Assembly (NCBI GenBank): GCA_951406725.2
Contig: OX597838.1
Location: forward strand, 4,092,001-4,156,000
Direction: 5' to 3'
Source: Octopus vulgaris
Lineage: Eukaryota
DNA: 64,000 nucleotides
Part shown: positions 48,280 to 62,265 of the stretch, in pieces
Layout: each line of letters starts with the position of its first letter
Numbering within the stretch: the first letter of the stretch is position 1
Made by a program: the position numbers and the translations under genes
The notes under the pieces: generated by a model
Told to the model about the DNA's origin: nothing
Seen by the model: the letters and a program-made list of their open reading frames with translations, nothing else
The model's database searches: none

Positions 48280-48572
48280 TCTTCCGAGTACTTTGTGACC
48301 CTGTCAGTGCAGGTGCCACATAAAAGTACCCAGTCCACACTGTAAAATGGTTGGCATTTGGAAGGGTATCCAGCTGTAAAAATTGTACTAAAACTGACCT
48401 TGCCTGTGCTTGTGCCACGTAAAAAGCACTAAGTCCACTCTGCTGAGTGGTTGGTGTTAGGAAGGGCATCCAGTTGTAAAAATCCTGCCAAAACGGTTAC
48501 AGAAGACTGGTGCAGGCTCTTATCAAACCGTCCCACCCATGCCAGCATAGAAAGCAGACATTAAATGATGAT
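48280..48572 (+). mobile_element. SINE family C with internal duplication
   Basis: Two gtgccac.taaaa..ggaagggcatccag units followed by the tail. Confidence 0.8.
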
Positions 48573-49199
48573 TATAAATACGACCCAAATTCAAGCTTAA
48601 ATAAAGAACTCACCCACTACACAATACATAAATTATTAAAGAATACAATATAACATTCAACCTCCTTTAAGTTTGCTAAATAAATCAATAATCAAGTATT
48701 TCCAGTGACTAATAGAGGTGATAGGCATGGAGAGCTTGGTGAAATAATTTCAATCCACAGACTACTGAGAATATCTCCCTCTGGGAACAAAGAATGGGAG
48801 CCAGAAGTGTTACTAAAATTAAGATTCAGTAAGCCCTACTCCACCAAATTAACTGTCTTCCCCTAAATATATGTTGGCCATTATTATTGTTTTGTTTTGC
48901 TAAGAAAGGATCAGGAGATACCAACTGGAAAATAGCATCTAAAAGAAAAAGACAAAAATAAATTATCAGAGTCTCATTTGTAGCAGAGACTGAATCAAGT
49001 ACTGCATTGTAAACAGAACACCATTCCAATGGTGTTTAGCACAATTCATTGATTTAGGGAATTTCCCACTTCAACACAAACTGAGTTTTCTGTTAATGCG
49101 GACAGCCGAGGAAGTGGCAGCTAGAGAAAATAGTTCTTTCAGACCCCAAACAATGTCTGAAGAGGCAATATCCACATTGGGAAATACAAACAGGTTAAT

Positions 49200-49730
49200 A
49201 CAAGAATTGATTAGTCTTCACCAAAAGCTATTTATGAAAACAATTATGATGCTCTACAAAAACACATATTCAATGGTACACTCTCCAGATGGCAATACAA
49301 ATTTCTTTGAAATTGTTGCAAGAGTTTTACAAGATGACACTTAACACCCTACATCTTCATTTGCTTGGATTATTCTCAGAACTTCTATCGGTACCATTAA
49401 AGACAATGGATTCACACCACATCCACGAAGGACCAATAGATATCCTATCACAAAAATCACAGATGCAGACGATGCTGATGATTTTGTGCTACTTTCTGAT
49501 CTAATAAGCCAGGCAAAAACCCATCTCGATAGACTTGAACATTCGGCCGAAAGTATCAGTGTACATGTTAGCTCTGACAAAACAAAATACAGAAGCTTAA
49601 ATCAAAATGGAACAATCAAAACAGTATCTAGCACACTGCTCAACTGCATAGAAGAATTGACTTATCACGGTAGTAAAATCTCCAGCTGTGAAAGCAACAT
49701 AAACACACGCATAAATAAAGCTGGTTTCAA
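49200..49730 (+). mobile_element. RTE-like LINE reverse transcriptase fragment
   Basis: SPDGNTNFFEIVARVLQDDT (GVLQGDTL), FICLDY, ITDADDADDFVLL (YADD region), KTKY. Confidence 0.8.
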
Positions 49731-50264
49731 GACACCCGAGTCTCACAAAATCCAAAAAGGTACATTTCCACAGACTGAGGAACATTTGCTGAGCAATCAG
49801 ATTACGCTACCAAATGCTTATTTATTCTCAATGTCTTGAATTAGTTATGCATTATCCCACAGCTTTGAGATTTCAATGATGCAACTATTTGTAGAATGAC
49901 ATAGGGTTGGTGTAAAAGACCGAACCTGGCCAGTTTGAACATGAAACAGGCTGAATGTCTGGGCCGGATATTTGGTCAGTTTAAATGCTGAAGGGGTTAT
50001 GGTGTTGACTGACCATACTGTAAGGTGTAAGTTTCAGTGTGGAACAAATTCTGCTGCCCTAACAGGGTTTTTATGAACATCCTTAATTAAAAAGGAAAAT
50101 TTTGATCTCCTTTACATAATGCAACACCCACCATCTCACCCCCAAGGTGACTCCATCATAAACACATTGGAAAAAATCTATAATCTGGTTTGAGTAGAAC
50201 AGGATATTTCAGACAAGGCATTAACATATTCTTTTCTACATCAATAAAAAAAAAAAAAATTGCT

Positions 50265-50540
50265 CATCATCATCGTTTAACGTCCGTTTTTTTCCATGCT
50301 GGTATGGGTTGGACGGTTCGACTGGGGTCTGGGAAGCCAGGAGGCTGCACCAGGCCCCAATCTGATCTGGCAAAGTTTCTACAGCTGGATGCCCTTCCTA
50401 AGGCCAACCACTTTGAGAATGTAATGGGTGTTTTTTTTATGTGCCACTGGAGCTGGCATCGACCACGATCGAATGGCACTTTTTACATGCTACCAGCATG
50501 GCAACTAGTCAAAGTAGCACTGGCACTGGCCACATTCGAA
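50265..50540 (-). mobile_element. SINE family C
   Basis: Close inverted match to 16110-16262. Confidence 0.85.
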
Positions 50541-50639
50541 CTATATAACAAAAAAACAAAGGATTCTCTAACATAGCATTTTGTCTTGCATTAACAAGAT
50601 TAATCGTAAATCAAATTTTCTGTTGATTCACAATGAGAA

Positions 50640-52620
50640 TGAAATAATAGGTAATAAAATAAGGTAATAAGGGAATTGGGAAAGTAGCACATTTCGTTAA
50701 GGGGCTTTCTTTTCTGAAAAAACATGTCACCCATTCACTGTAACAGACTGGCAATCCAATGATCTTTTCAACAGAAATGCCTTTAGATTTCGGCTGGGAT
50801 CTTCCTAAGAGTTACTCCATACAATGATGTCATTCTAAATCAAGTTTATTCCAGGAGATAATTCAGTTCATCACTTGTTGAAAACATGCCAGAATATTCA
50901 TAAAGCCAAATGGGAGTTTTGTATACTGAGAGAATAGTTCCAAGGTCTAAAAAGCAGTAGAAGGACAGTCTTTAATAATCACCAGTGGTTGTTTCATGTT
51001 GACCTTGCCAAAATAGGAAGATATGTTTGTTGCATTATAGCATATATATTAAATCGTCAATGATAGACACTGGAACAGCATCAAGAAGAACAAGAATGTC
51101 GATAGTGGCTGAGAAATCAATGAAAAGCTATCATTTACAACTTTCACTTTTTTGTTAGTTTTTGTTTTTTTATGACCTAAGCTCTCCACTGCGAGGTTAC
51201 TGGATTTTAGGATGCCTTCTTAGGCTGGGTAATTTATTTCTCGCTTTATAATTTCATCACAATCATTCACAGAGTACCTTCAAGCTGATATGGCAACAGA
51301 CAATTACATTTCGTAAAGAGTATAACTGGTGAAATTCTTAGGCAAGCAATGTTTGCCAGCACCAAGGAGGACAGGAGGGCTTCTGGGTCATTAAATTTAA
51401 ATAGCACAGAAGATTGCTTGATCATGAAACTGTCCCAGTATTTGATCTGAGCAGAGAGAGAGAGAGAGGGCATAACTAATATCAACTTCTAATACTCCCA
51501 TAATTCAAGAACAAAGCTGTGTAGAACACATCAAGTTGCCTTTGAATAGTTTAATGACTAAATCATTCCACTTTGCAATGTCAGCACTTCCAATGTCAAC
51601 CAAAAACTCATTGATTAACGGTTAATTACAACATCAGTGAGTGTACAAGACAACAGAAGAAATTAATAAAGCAGAAAAAATAAATACATATAGTTCAATT
51701 GGTTTATATTGGTGGCCTAAGTATTTAGTACAGGATTTACAAAGCATAGGAAAAAGAGTTTTTCCTTCAAGTGTGTGGGGGAGGGGGCATTTCCACCCCA
51801 TCAAATACTTCTGGGAAGCAGCTGCTGAGAGAGGTTCCCATTTATTGTGTAGCTGTGTGACTGTAGTAATGGTTATGAAGACATCTTGACAATAAATGCT
51901 GGCACTAATTAGTGAAAAGCCCAATGCTATGGCTTCTAAAACTGCTTTCCAAATCTAGCGTTTTACTATTAAATAGTCCCTGTTGACGTTATTCCAGAAA
52001 TAAAAACATCCTTTATTGAAGGTTTTGTTAATAGTTCCACAAAAACTACCTTTAAGCTACATTCTTTAGCCAGTAAGTTTCTTGGCTTGAAGAAAGAGAT
52101 CCTGAGATTTAATTGCCTATTTGTCTCCAAGTGGCAAACGGGTGTTTTGCAAAAACCTTGTTCATCGGTTTAATGTGGACACCATTTAAGAAATAACTCA
52201 GTAGTAGTTACAATCAGGAGCAAATTTGAATATTTTGTGGGGAACCAAATTAAGGAGGTATTCACTGGGAAGATCAAGGATACTTGCAAAAAATGTCTAA
52301 ACAGTTGTAAGCAGTGTTTGAATTCCAGAGAAGTTGATAACAATAGAGAAGGTGTTGAGCTAAATTTTTTGAGAAACAGAACCATTTATACTGAAATTGT
52401 ATAAACTGTCATAAGAAGTAATGATACTAACAATTTTATTGAACAATTAACAACTCTCAACTTAAGAGAAAGCAGTCAATCACCACACAAGAAATACTCA
52501 TTTTCAAAGAACACAAAATTAGCTTCACTCCTTCTTCATGGATATTGAGAAGTAGTTTTGCTGAAAGACTGCGCTGACATCCAACACTTACTCTCTAACA
52601 AACGACCAAACGTATTTTTT
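50640..52620 (-). mobile_element. Highly degraded LINE remnant
   Basis: Minus-strand LFIDFSATID (FIDFSKAFD) near 51110 and QSVTVNG near 50740; otherwise decayed. Confidence 0.4.
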
Positions 52621-52949
52621 GAAAGAAAATCATTTTAGCATCCTTGTCAAATAGAAAGGAAAAAAAGATTTCAGTAAAAATATATTTTTAAATGCTTTGA
52701 TTTGTAAAGGAGGGAGAAACAAAAAGCTAACAAAATATAACAGAGGGGGCAATTGGAAATAAAAAACAGTATCTGATTTGTCAGGCTTGCTACCACAGTA
52801 CCAAAACCTTTGTCTTTTAATGGTTTCAGTCATTAGATTGAGACAATTGCCTTCAAGGATTTAGTCAATAGTACTGACTACCACAATCTGGTACTTTAGT
52901 AATTTCTTTTTGTCAAACTACTAATCCATTTTAACCATCCTAAGTTAAA

Positions 52950-53310
52950 GTCTACTTTCCCATGCTAGCAGGGATCAGACAGATGTCCTTCCTGCTACCA
53001 CTCATTTCCAAGCAAGATAATATTCCCAATGACCAGACATGGTCACAGAAGATTTGCAAATAAACACACTGCTTGCATGACAGTGAAACTCATTTACAAC
53101 TGTCACATGAAGTCAAGGCAAGGAAAAAGTAACACATTCGCATCTATATACATGGTGGGCATCTTTCAACAAATTTTGTCAACCAAATCCACTCACAAGG
53201 CTTTGGTCAACCCGGAACCATAGTAGAAGACATTTGTCCCAGGTGCCTCGCAGTGGGACCGAGACCACGTGACTGAGAAACAAACTTATTACCACACAAC
53301 CACACCCATA
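52950..53310 (-). mobile_element. SINE family B with associated upstream repeat; similar composites at 19580-19950, 55640-55970 and 61640-62015
   Basis: Shared gacactgcttg.atgacagtgacactcatttacaac segment joined to the family B body. Confidence 0.7.
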
Positions 53311-54189
53311 CCTATTAACCATAATTATGAGCCACCATTCACAGCGATAATTTTTTTTTACTGCCAGCAAATTTACATTGATTACCAATCAGATCAGGAC
53401 TGAGCTGCTCAGATCACTCAGCACCACCACAAGACCGATACCAAACCCTTAAGACTTGCAATTCACTAGCAGTTACTCTCACTTCAGCCACATAGCAAAA
53501 CAGTTTAGCTTATTTTACCAATAAATGAACTGTGTGAAAGTATTTTATTTATATATTTGTCAATTTAATCATGATAATTGAGCTGCTGAAGCACGGAAGA
53601 TGAAGTACTGTAACATCAGTTACAAATTACTAAACAGCTGCTAGCAGCAACACTGTTTCCCCAGAAGAGTAACAATGAGACGCAACAAACAGCCAAAGAA
53701 AGGAAACACAGTCCATTAAACAAGTGGAGCAGAGTTACATTGTCGTCAGCCGAGGAGGAGAAAGTCTTTTGTAGCATGCTATGATGGCAACATTGTGTTG
53801 TCATTGATACAAGATAAAAGAAAGAATAGAGGTAGGGTTCAGACAGAGACAGGTATGGTGTGAACAAATTAACAGAACAATGGATGGTGTGAGGAGTCCC
53901 AACAGTCATTCAAGAGTATTTGAGAGTGAGAAGAATCACAAAACCTTATGGGATCTTTATGAGAGTAAATCTTTAGAGAGATTTTAAGTCCAGTTGTTGT
54001 TGTGTGAAGGAAAAATAAACAAAAACAGAAATATTAGAAACTATTATTTGAATTATGCAACATGTTTCTGGGGCAATTTCGTTCTGTCTAGCTTTGAAGT
54101 ATTTTTAACACAGTAAATCCTAATCAGGAATTTTTCCTGAATGAAAAACTCAGCTTCTAGAATTTCAATTATACAAATACATTAAGTAT

Positions 54190-55190
54190 GTTATATTGAC
54201 AGAGTTTTTACTGGATACTTTGACATCACCACTGGAGATTCACCAGGGATACATTTTATCACCATTCCTCTTACTACTAATCATGGATTTCATCAGGAAA
54301 ATGACAGAACACAATCAACAAAAAGAAAGCAGCATCCAGTAGAGAGATCAGAGATAGCTGCCTTGTCTAAACTCTGCAAATGATATTACACTGTTGGCAG
54401 CAGCCAGAGTCAATATAAAAAGATCTAACTCACCACCTGAGAGTAGTGGCATAGAAAACCGGGACTAAAAATATATACTAAGACAAAAGCATGGAGATCA
54501 GCCAAATGTGAGGGTACCAACTCACTGGTAAAGACCTGAACCAATTTGTATACTGTGCTTTTTGTCTGCTCAAAAGTCAAATTTTTCAGACCAAAAATAG
54601 GTCAACTTTCACACCAAGACAATTGTGGAAGACCATGTGAAATTCCATGTGAAATGGAACAGGATTTGGAAAGATAGCTGAGTTTAAATGTTTACACAAT
54701 ATACATCAGCTTTTATGCTGGAAAATGCTACAGCACCAGTCTCTGTGTGGTGGCAGAGACACTGAAACTAGTGTTAAAAGCAGAATTGGGAAGATGGCAA
54801 GAGCATTTCAATGAATGTATAAAGTCTAGCCCGAAAAGAGAGGTCAACCATTGTACAATAGCACTGTGGTACCTATGGTGGATGCTACATGCAAGTGAAA
54901 CAAGAACTAGGAAAAAGATGGTAGTCTTCCGAAAGTTTTTGAGGAGAATCTGGAGAATGTCAGACCATCAGAAACAAAAAAGTCTTAAGAAGAATGTCAT
55001 GGTAAAGTCTCCAAGTGACAGTGACACAACAAACATGCGAATGGTTGCCACAAGAAAAAAGAAGAGAGAGAAGACCAAGGGCCACAAGACCGAAAGGATG
55101 TCAACAGATGCTGGGAAAAAAAAACAGATGCAACCGATCAAGAATAGCAGAGAGTTGCCTCTTCATGTAGATATGTGCAGGATGGACTAA
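54190..55190 (+). mobile_element. RTE-like LINE RT/C-terminal remnant
   Basis: IHQGYILSPFLLLLIMDFI (GVRQGCILSP), LNSANDITLL (DFADD), FLRRI. Confidence 0.7.
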
Positions 55191-56635
55191 TTATGTTACT
55201 CTAAATTATGAAATTTAATACTGTTTAGCCATAGGTTGTCCTAGGTAAAGACAGTACTGTGATCAAAGGACATTCCAACACGACCATCTAGTCCTGTTTT
55301 TCCAAATACAGAATATGCTACATTATTCAATGCATGTGCGTGTTAGTAGTCATTGAAGTGAATGCTATTTCCAGCAGGTCCAGCAACCATGTAGAGGTAA
55401 CCATTGCCAAAACATGTGTGTTTAAGACAACTGATAGTACTTTTCTTCACGGCCCTTGGTAACATGAGATGTAACATTAAATGTCCTTTACATATGGAAG
55501 AAACTGAACCACATTGCAAACTACAAGCAGAGATAACAGGTAGTAATGGGTTAATTAGATAGAAGACCTAACAAAGCAGTTTAATCCTACCACCAGATCC
55601 TTGGATACCTTATCAAGGTAGGTTTTTCTACATTCAGATACCTTTTCAGTTGCCAACCCTCAACAACCTCCTCCAAAGAAGAGTAATATTTTCTAATGGC
55701 CAGACATGCTCTCAAAATATATTAGAAATGAATGACACTGCTTGTATGACGGTGACACTCATTTACAACTATCAAGTGATATCAGGACAAGGCGACAGAA
55801 AACACACATACATACATAATGGGCTTTTCCAGTTTCCAGCCACCAAATCCAATCACAAGGCTTTAGTTGACCCAGGGCTATAGTATAAGACACTTGGCAA
55901 AGTGCCATGCAGTGGGACTGAACCTGAAACTTACGTGGTTGGGAAGCAAACTGCTTACCACATGGCCACTCCTGAACAAATTTGCAGGTTTTTACTTTTA
56001 CATCTAACTGCTCAACAGTAAAGCGGGAGTAGTGTCGGTAACAATTAGCAACAAGGAATTAGACAGCTTACCTAAAGACATAACACACTTTAAAGTAGCC
56101 AAGAGAGCTGAAACACACCCAACGTGCTATTTCAGAAATACCCTATTATCTTACTAAAAAGGAAGGACATTTGATAATGCTGTTCAGGATACAAACTGTA
56201 AATTGGAAAAGAAAAAATGGTATGGTCACAGTTGGAAGGCTTTTGGTCAGGTCTCCAGGATAACTATGCAGTATCAGTTGCTCTTCACAAAGTACACTCA
56301 GACATAGAAACAGGCATTAATTACAGAAGGATATGTTAACACCAGATCAGGGTTCATTAAGTCACCCTCAACAAAGCTGACATTGAAATTAAAAGTTTCA
56401 AATTTCTGGAGAGGTAGATGTAATCCATCACCCATTTGGCCCTTAAGTAACTGAATCCATGGTTTTATATTATGAAACTATATGAACTCATTTTCGTTTA
56501 TGATGGCAGACATAGGGAAAGATATTCATAATCACTCAGTCACTCAACTCAGTAAAACCTGCTTCTACTTTCATGAAGCAAACTAGAACACTTGAAGCTA
56601 TACATTTCACATAGGGGAAAATCAGGTTTCTGAAA

Positions 56636-57112
56636 TTAAGGATTAAATTTGTGAACATTATTTACATTTGATGATATTTGTCCTCATCTTGTTTGTTGTT
56701 AACACCTTTCGGCTAATATACACTCCAGCCTTTATCAGGTGTCTTGGGGAAATTTCGAACCTAGGTTCTCATTCCTAAGGTATTTTTCAATGTTATTATT
56801 ATTCAGGTCACAGCTTGGGAACAAACTCGGAATTTTGGGGTTAGTAGCCAGCGTTCTTAACCACTAAACCATATGCGTAATGGTTAAGATCACGGGCTAC
56901 TAACCCCAAGATTTCGAGTTCAATTCCAGGCAGTGACCTGAATAATAACATTGAAAAATACCTTACGAATGAGAACCCAGGTTCGAAATTTTCCCAAGAC
57001 ACCTGATGAAGGCTGGAGGGTATATCAGCTTAAATGTTGTGTTAACAACAAACAAGATGAGGACAAATATCCATCAAATGTAAATAATGAACATAATTCT
57101 TCATCTTTTAAA
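56636..57112. mobile_element. Head-to-head inverted pair of tRNA-headed SINE-like elements with Penelope-like/hammerhead-like tails (about 470-bp palindrome)
   Basis: Arms of about 215-235 bp are reverse complements centred on CATATG (56870-75). A-box tggtttagtggt, B-box gagttcaattcc; tail gacac-ctgatga-a-ggctg..cagc..gtgtt. Confidence 0.85.
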
Positions 57113-57924
57113 TATAAAACTAAATTTGTGAAGACAAAAATGGATCTGAGTTTTCACCAGAAATTGAAGAAATTTAGACAATATAGTGTTAAAACCCTCA
57201 CAAAAATTTGAATGTTTCCTTCAGTAATAAAAGAGTTCAGTAGTATAAATTTGTGGAGAAAATAAAAGTTTTAGAGGAATATTATGTATTTTTATTTTCA
57301 AAACAGTTGCAACATTCCTCATCCAATATGCCACTGGCCATCTCATTGAGGAAATTCTAAGTAATATTCTCCTTAACATAAAGAATTTAGATCTCACTTG
57401 ATTACAGACCCTTCTTTCTATGCAGTAGTGAGTGAGGAGGATAAAAGCCAGCTGGCTATTTAGTCTGAAGCATTCTAAAATAATATTTCAATGTCTAAAA
57501 ACCAAAACTAACCTATTCAGAAACAACCTTTATTCTGGTACTGATCAATCTGAATATAAACCAATTTTTATAAACACACACACACGACCATATAACCACT
57601 GAAACAATTGTATATAGATTCAAAAATCTATTATGACAACCTCTCATGAGGAGTCCAGTTTTAAGTTCAAACCAAAGAAATGTTTCACGTGAAAGAATAA
57701 GTGGAACCAGCAAACATAGTAAAAACAATTACACAGAATACCATAGCAGTAAACTCAACTGAAGTATCTAGAAGAAATATATGTTATGATAAATTATAAG
57801 GTGACAGACCTACTTACAGATCGTAAGGTAATCAGGTTTGAAATATAACTAAAATGTTGTTTGGAAAGTCAATTGGCAGAACTTTCCCTATTTTGGGATG
57901 GTAGACCTAATCCATGGAACAGTT

Positions 57925-58160
57925 TAATACCTATTTCTTTATTACCCACAAGGGGCTAAACACAGAGGGGACAAACAAGGACAGACATAGGCATTAAGTC
58001 GATTACATCGACCCCAGTGCGTAGCTGGTACTTAATTTATCGACCCCGAAAGGATGAAAGGCAAAGTCGACCTCGGCAGAATTTGAACTCACAACGTAAC
58101 GCAGACGAAATACCGCTAAGCACTTCGCCCGGCGTGCTAACAATTCTGACAGCTCGCACC
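57925..58160 (-). mobile_element. SINE family A, young (CpG-retaining) copy
   Basis: Close to consensus with CpGs intact. Confidence 0.9.
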
Positions 58161-60832
58161 ACCAGACCCACTGATAACTGTAATATAATCCAGACTCCTG
58201 CTGAGGATGTCTACAAGACAACGAATAAAGTCATAGGGATGTCCTTCCTTGTTTGAGTCCTATGAAAATATTTTTAAGGTGCAGGCCTGGCAACCATATG
58301 GTTAAGCAGCTCGCTTTGCAACCAAATGGTTTTGAGTTCAGTTCACTACAGCACATTGGACAAGTGCCCTCTACTATAGCCCCAGGCTGACCAGTGCCTT
58401 GCAAATAGATTTGGTAGGTACAAACTGTGCAGAAGCATGCACGCACGTGTGCATTTATGCTTGGGTCAGACTCCATGTGTCAGATGAAATTTGCTGAAGC
58501 AGATTTTCTACCGCTTGATGCCGTCACTGACCATCAACCATTTCTAAACATACATCCTCTCGTTCTTCAATTATAGACACCTTTGTGGAAGATTGCAAGC
58601 AAACAAAAAGAAACACACACACACACACTAATACTTATACAACAGATGTCTAAGTTTCTGATTAACAATTCCACTCACAAGCCTCTGGTTGGCCTAGAGC
58701 TATAGAAGACACTTGCCCAAGTTGCGAGGCAGTGGAACCAAACCAAAAATCAAAGTTGCAAAGTGAACTTCTTCAACACACAACCATGCTTGAAGCCACT
58801 TCACTTAAAAAAAAGAAAAAACAAGCTTAACCCCAAATAGTACAGGCCTATGATCAATGGTATCCCATTCTTAATAAAATTTTCCTTTTGTAACCATATT
58901 TCTGTTGAAATACACAGCCTTTGTTTCAGTTTGAAAATCAGAAAGAATTCAGTAAAATTACTCATTATTAAGCTGTTGTTTGGAAGATAAACCTAAAAGG
59001 ATTAAATTAAGATCCTTTAAAACAGAAAGCTCATATCATAGAACCAGGAACAGTTTCAGGTGGGTCGGTGTTAAAAAGGTTAAGACAGTCGAGTATGATC
59101 CGAGAGAGGTACAGCTGCAATTTTTGGCAAGTGGAGCAACCACATAGAGATCTCCTCGTGTATTTGAGGTAGATTGCATTGATTGTATACTTCTGTTGTC
59201 ATTCACCTCCTGAGACAACTCCAATCAATGAATCAATAGCAACACACACACACACACACACACACAGAAAACAACCACACCCAATGATCACAAATCATCA
59301 ACCAGTCGTGCTTCCAACAGCAGACACCATGCATGTGAGGACTAGAGATCCAACTTAAATCATACCAATTCACATTTTCAGCTGCCTATCTCACTGTTTA
59401 TTCCAACCGAGAAGGAGTTCTAGAACAACTGCATCATGGATGAATCACAAACTATACGATTAACCAATAGAGACACCCTTTTAGCAAAAGGCGTGGGAAG
59501 GAATTAATCCAGCAGTGATGAAAGTCTTCGTCCAAAACACAAACACAAAATCTGTGCCACGGCAAAAGTGGCCAAATAATTCCAGCCTGTGTAAGTCTTC
59601 CACTCCTATTGGCCATGTCTTACAGCTGTAAAGCAGAATGGGGTGAATGATCACTTAGAAGATGCAAATTTTGGTAACTATGTGGATCTCTGATTTCAAT
59701 CAAAGTCACCTTTGGCAATAACCCCCACACACACACATACATTCAGCTGATGTAGACATCTGGCTCATCTTTACCATAAATAACAGCAGAGGAAGTAGCA
59801 TCAAAGTACCAAGGAACAAAATACTTTTGATCAGTTTCTTCCAGAATTTCTCTACTGAGTATAAATGGAGACCCTTTCTGAGAATAGTCTTTGTCATGGC
59901 TGGATTTGATTTTCATGCAGCCAGAAGACATTGGCTGAGTATAGCTATTGCAAAGAGACAATTGTTAACCAGGACCAGACCCCTACAAAGTTTAATTCAT
60001 ACTGGATAATATATAAGCATAAGGATGAACCTCTTAAAGCAAAGATAATACGGTTACTAATGTTCAGTTTATACAGGGTAGATGAGTAACTGAAGAGAAA
60101 AGATGGCTAGGAGAGAGATTACATGAAAGTAGAGGAGAGAGAGAGAAAGATAGTAATGCTTACAATTGAAGCAAGGACACTGAGGATAGCACACACACAC
60201 AGAAAAGAGCAAAGATCATTTCAGTAAACAAATGATAGAAAAGTGAGGTCCTCCCAACAGGCAACTAGCCAGCCTTATATTTGACACAATCAGAATGTGT
60301 GTGAGTAGAAGAGTGCCTGGTGTGTTATGTGCAAGTTGTATTAGTGGTGTATGGACACTATAAAGTTAAGCAGCTGTTCTGGGCTATCAGTATATATAGA
60401 GAGAGGTTTTTATATAATGTTAAAAGATATCTACAAATTTATTGAGCATTTCTTGTCTATTTTTGCCCAGCTAAGAATATACTTTCTAATATATAAATAA
60501 GAAAAAGTATTTCTTCATTCTGCACATCTTGCACAACCCAAAAAAATTACAGAAATTTTTTTTTTATATTGGGTGGGTGGGGGAATCATCTACCATTTTA
60601 AATGTTCAATCAAATTATTCATATGTTTAGTAAAATATAAAGACTAAACATAGTATGACTGTATGTACATATGATTTCGACCAATTAGGACTAGCAGATT
60701 CACAAAAGATGTTGAGTTTAATCTCGAATGTTGGCACACTTCCACTGTGCAAATTAAAATAAGATTAAAGAAATTAAATTTGCTTTCTATTTCAAGAGTT
60801 TTCCACTAAGCTAAGCTGGCATCTATTGATTA

Positions 60833-61006
<174 letters not shown>

Positions 61007-62131
61007 TTAAAGAAACTTCTTATATTCTATAAAGAAATAAAACAATACCCCAAAATAAGTATCTTTTAAAATGTCAAAGAAAGGTAATAACACATTTCAT
61101 TGTTTTATATCTTTTATTAAGAAAATGCTTTTTGTTTTGTCTTTTTTTCATTATTTTTTGGCTTTATTTTACCAGAGAGAGAAGTACAACATACTATATA
61201 ATATAGGAAAGACACTACAAACGTCTGTAATACAAGAACCCCATTAAATTAATCACAAACAAATTAAAACCCTCCATTATCAGTGACCTTGTTACGGAGG
61301 CAGCTGTAATGGCTAAATTACTTGTCTGATATTCCTTGGTAGCATTAGAATGCAACAAGGCTCTGTTGATCTCGTTACTTCTCATACCAGGAAATCAGCC
61401 CAGCTAACTGGCCAGATTGACTGCTAAAACAACTATTTGGACATAGATACCAGGAAGCATAGTAATGACCAGCAAAGATCATGTTTGCCTTATCAGCTAT
61501 GTAGTTAGAGGGTTGTGTATTCAGAGATTTTAAGTTAGAAGCACTTATTGGGCTACTGGATTGGGAGACATTAAAGAAAAACATCAGTTCAAACTAAAAT
61601 GTAATATAATACAGTGAAATTTCCAATTTCACAGATACCACTATATCCTCATTTTAACACCCACTTTTCCGTTTGCAAGGGTCAGACGGAGTTTATTTGA
61701 GGCACAATTTCCACAGCTGCCTGCCCTTCCTGTTTCCAAGCAAGGTAATAATTCCCCAAGTCCAGAGATCGCAGAATACTGGAAATGAATGACACTGACA
61801 CTGCTTGTGTGACAGTGACAATCATTTACAACCATCATTCAATGCACAAAGCCAAGACAAGAATGTGTATACACACACACACACAAAATGGACTGCTTTC
61901 AGTTTCTGTCTACCAAATCCATTCACAAAGATTTAGTCAACCTGGGGTTATAAAAGAAAACACCTTCCCAAGGTGCCATGCAGTGGGACTGAACCCAGAA
62001 CCATGTAGGTGGGAAGACTGCCCCACCTATCTTTCTTTGATGCTTTGTCTTAAGCTTAATTGCTCGTAACTTCTTTAATGAATTATCAGTCATTAGACTG
62101 CAGCCATATACGGGCACTGCCTTAAATAGAT

Positions 62132-62245
62132 GCTTACAACACCTAGGTTTCCAAAGCAGTCACCCATCCAAGTACTAACTAGGCTCAACATTAACTTTAG
62201 CAATCAGATGAGAACTGGTGCTTTCAGCATGAAATAGTCCTAAGC
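62132..62245 (-). pseudogene. 5S rRNA pseudogene in UBE2D intron 1
   Basis: Reverse complement gcttaggactatttcatgctgaaagcaccagttctcatctgattgctaaagttaa..gcctagttagtacttggatgggtgactgctttggaaacctaggtgttgtaagc aligns end to end with metazoan 5S (C-box AGTACTTGGATGGG). Shows CpG decay, a small deletion and no oligo-T terminator. Confidence 0.88.
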
Positions 62246-62265
62246 AGAGCAGGACAACTACAGCC

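Noticed and set aside
56870-56935. tRNA gene
   Set aside because: A/B boxes are present but there is no proper acceptor stem; it is the head of a SINE-like element.
56652-57094. TGAACAT as a 7-bp TSD of the palindromic element
   Set aside because: Comparison with the 3038 copy shows the element arms extend past these positions, so the repeat is internal.
59250-60420. Possible LINE endonuclease/RT remnants on minus (LLYSCKTW.., GDFD)
   Set aside because: Motifs are too short and degraded to delimit an element confidently.
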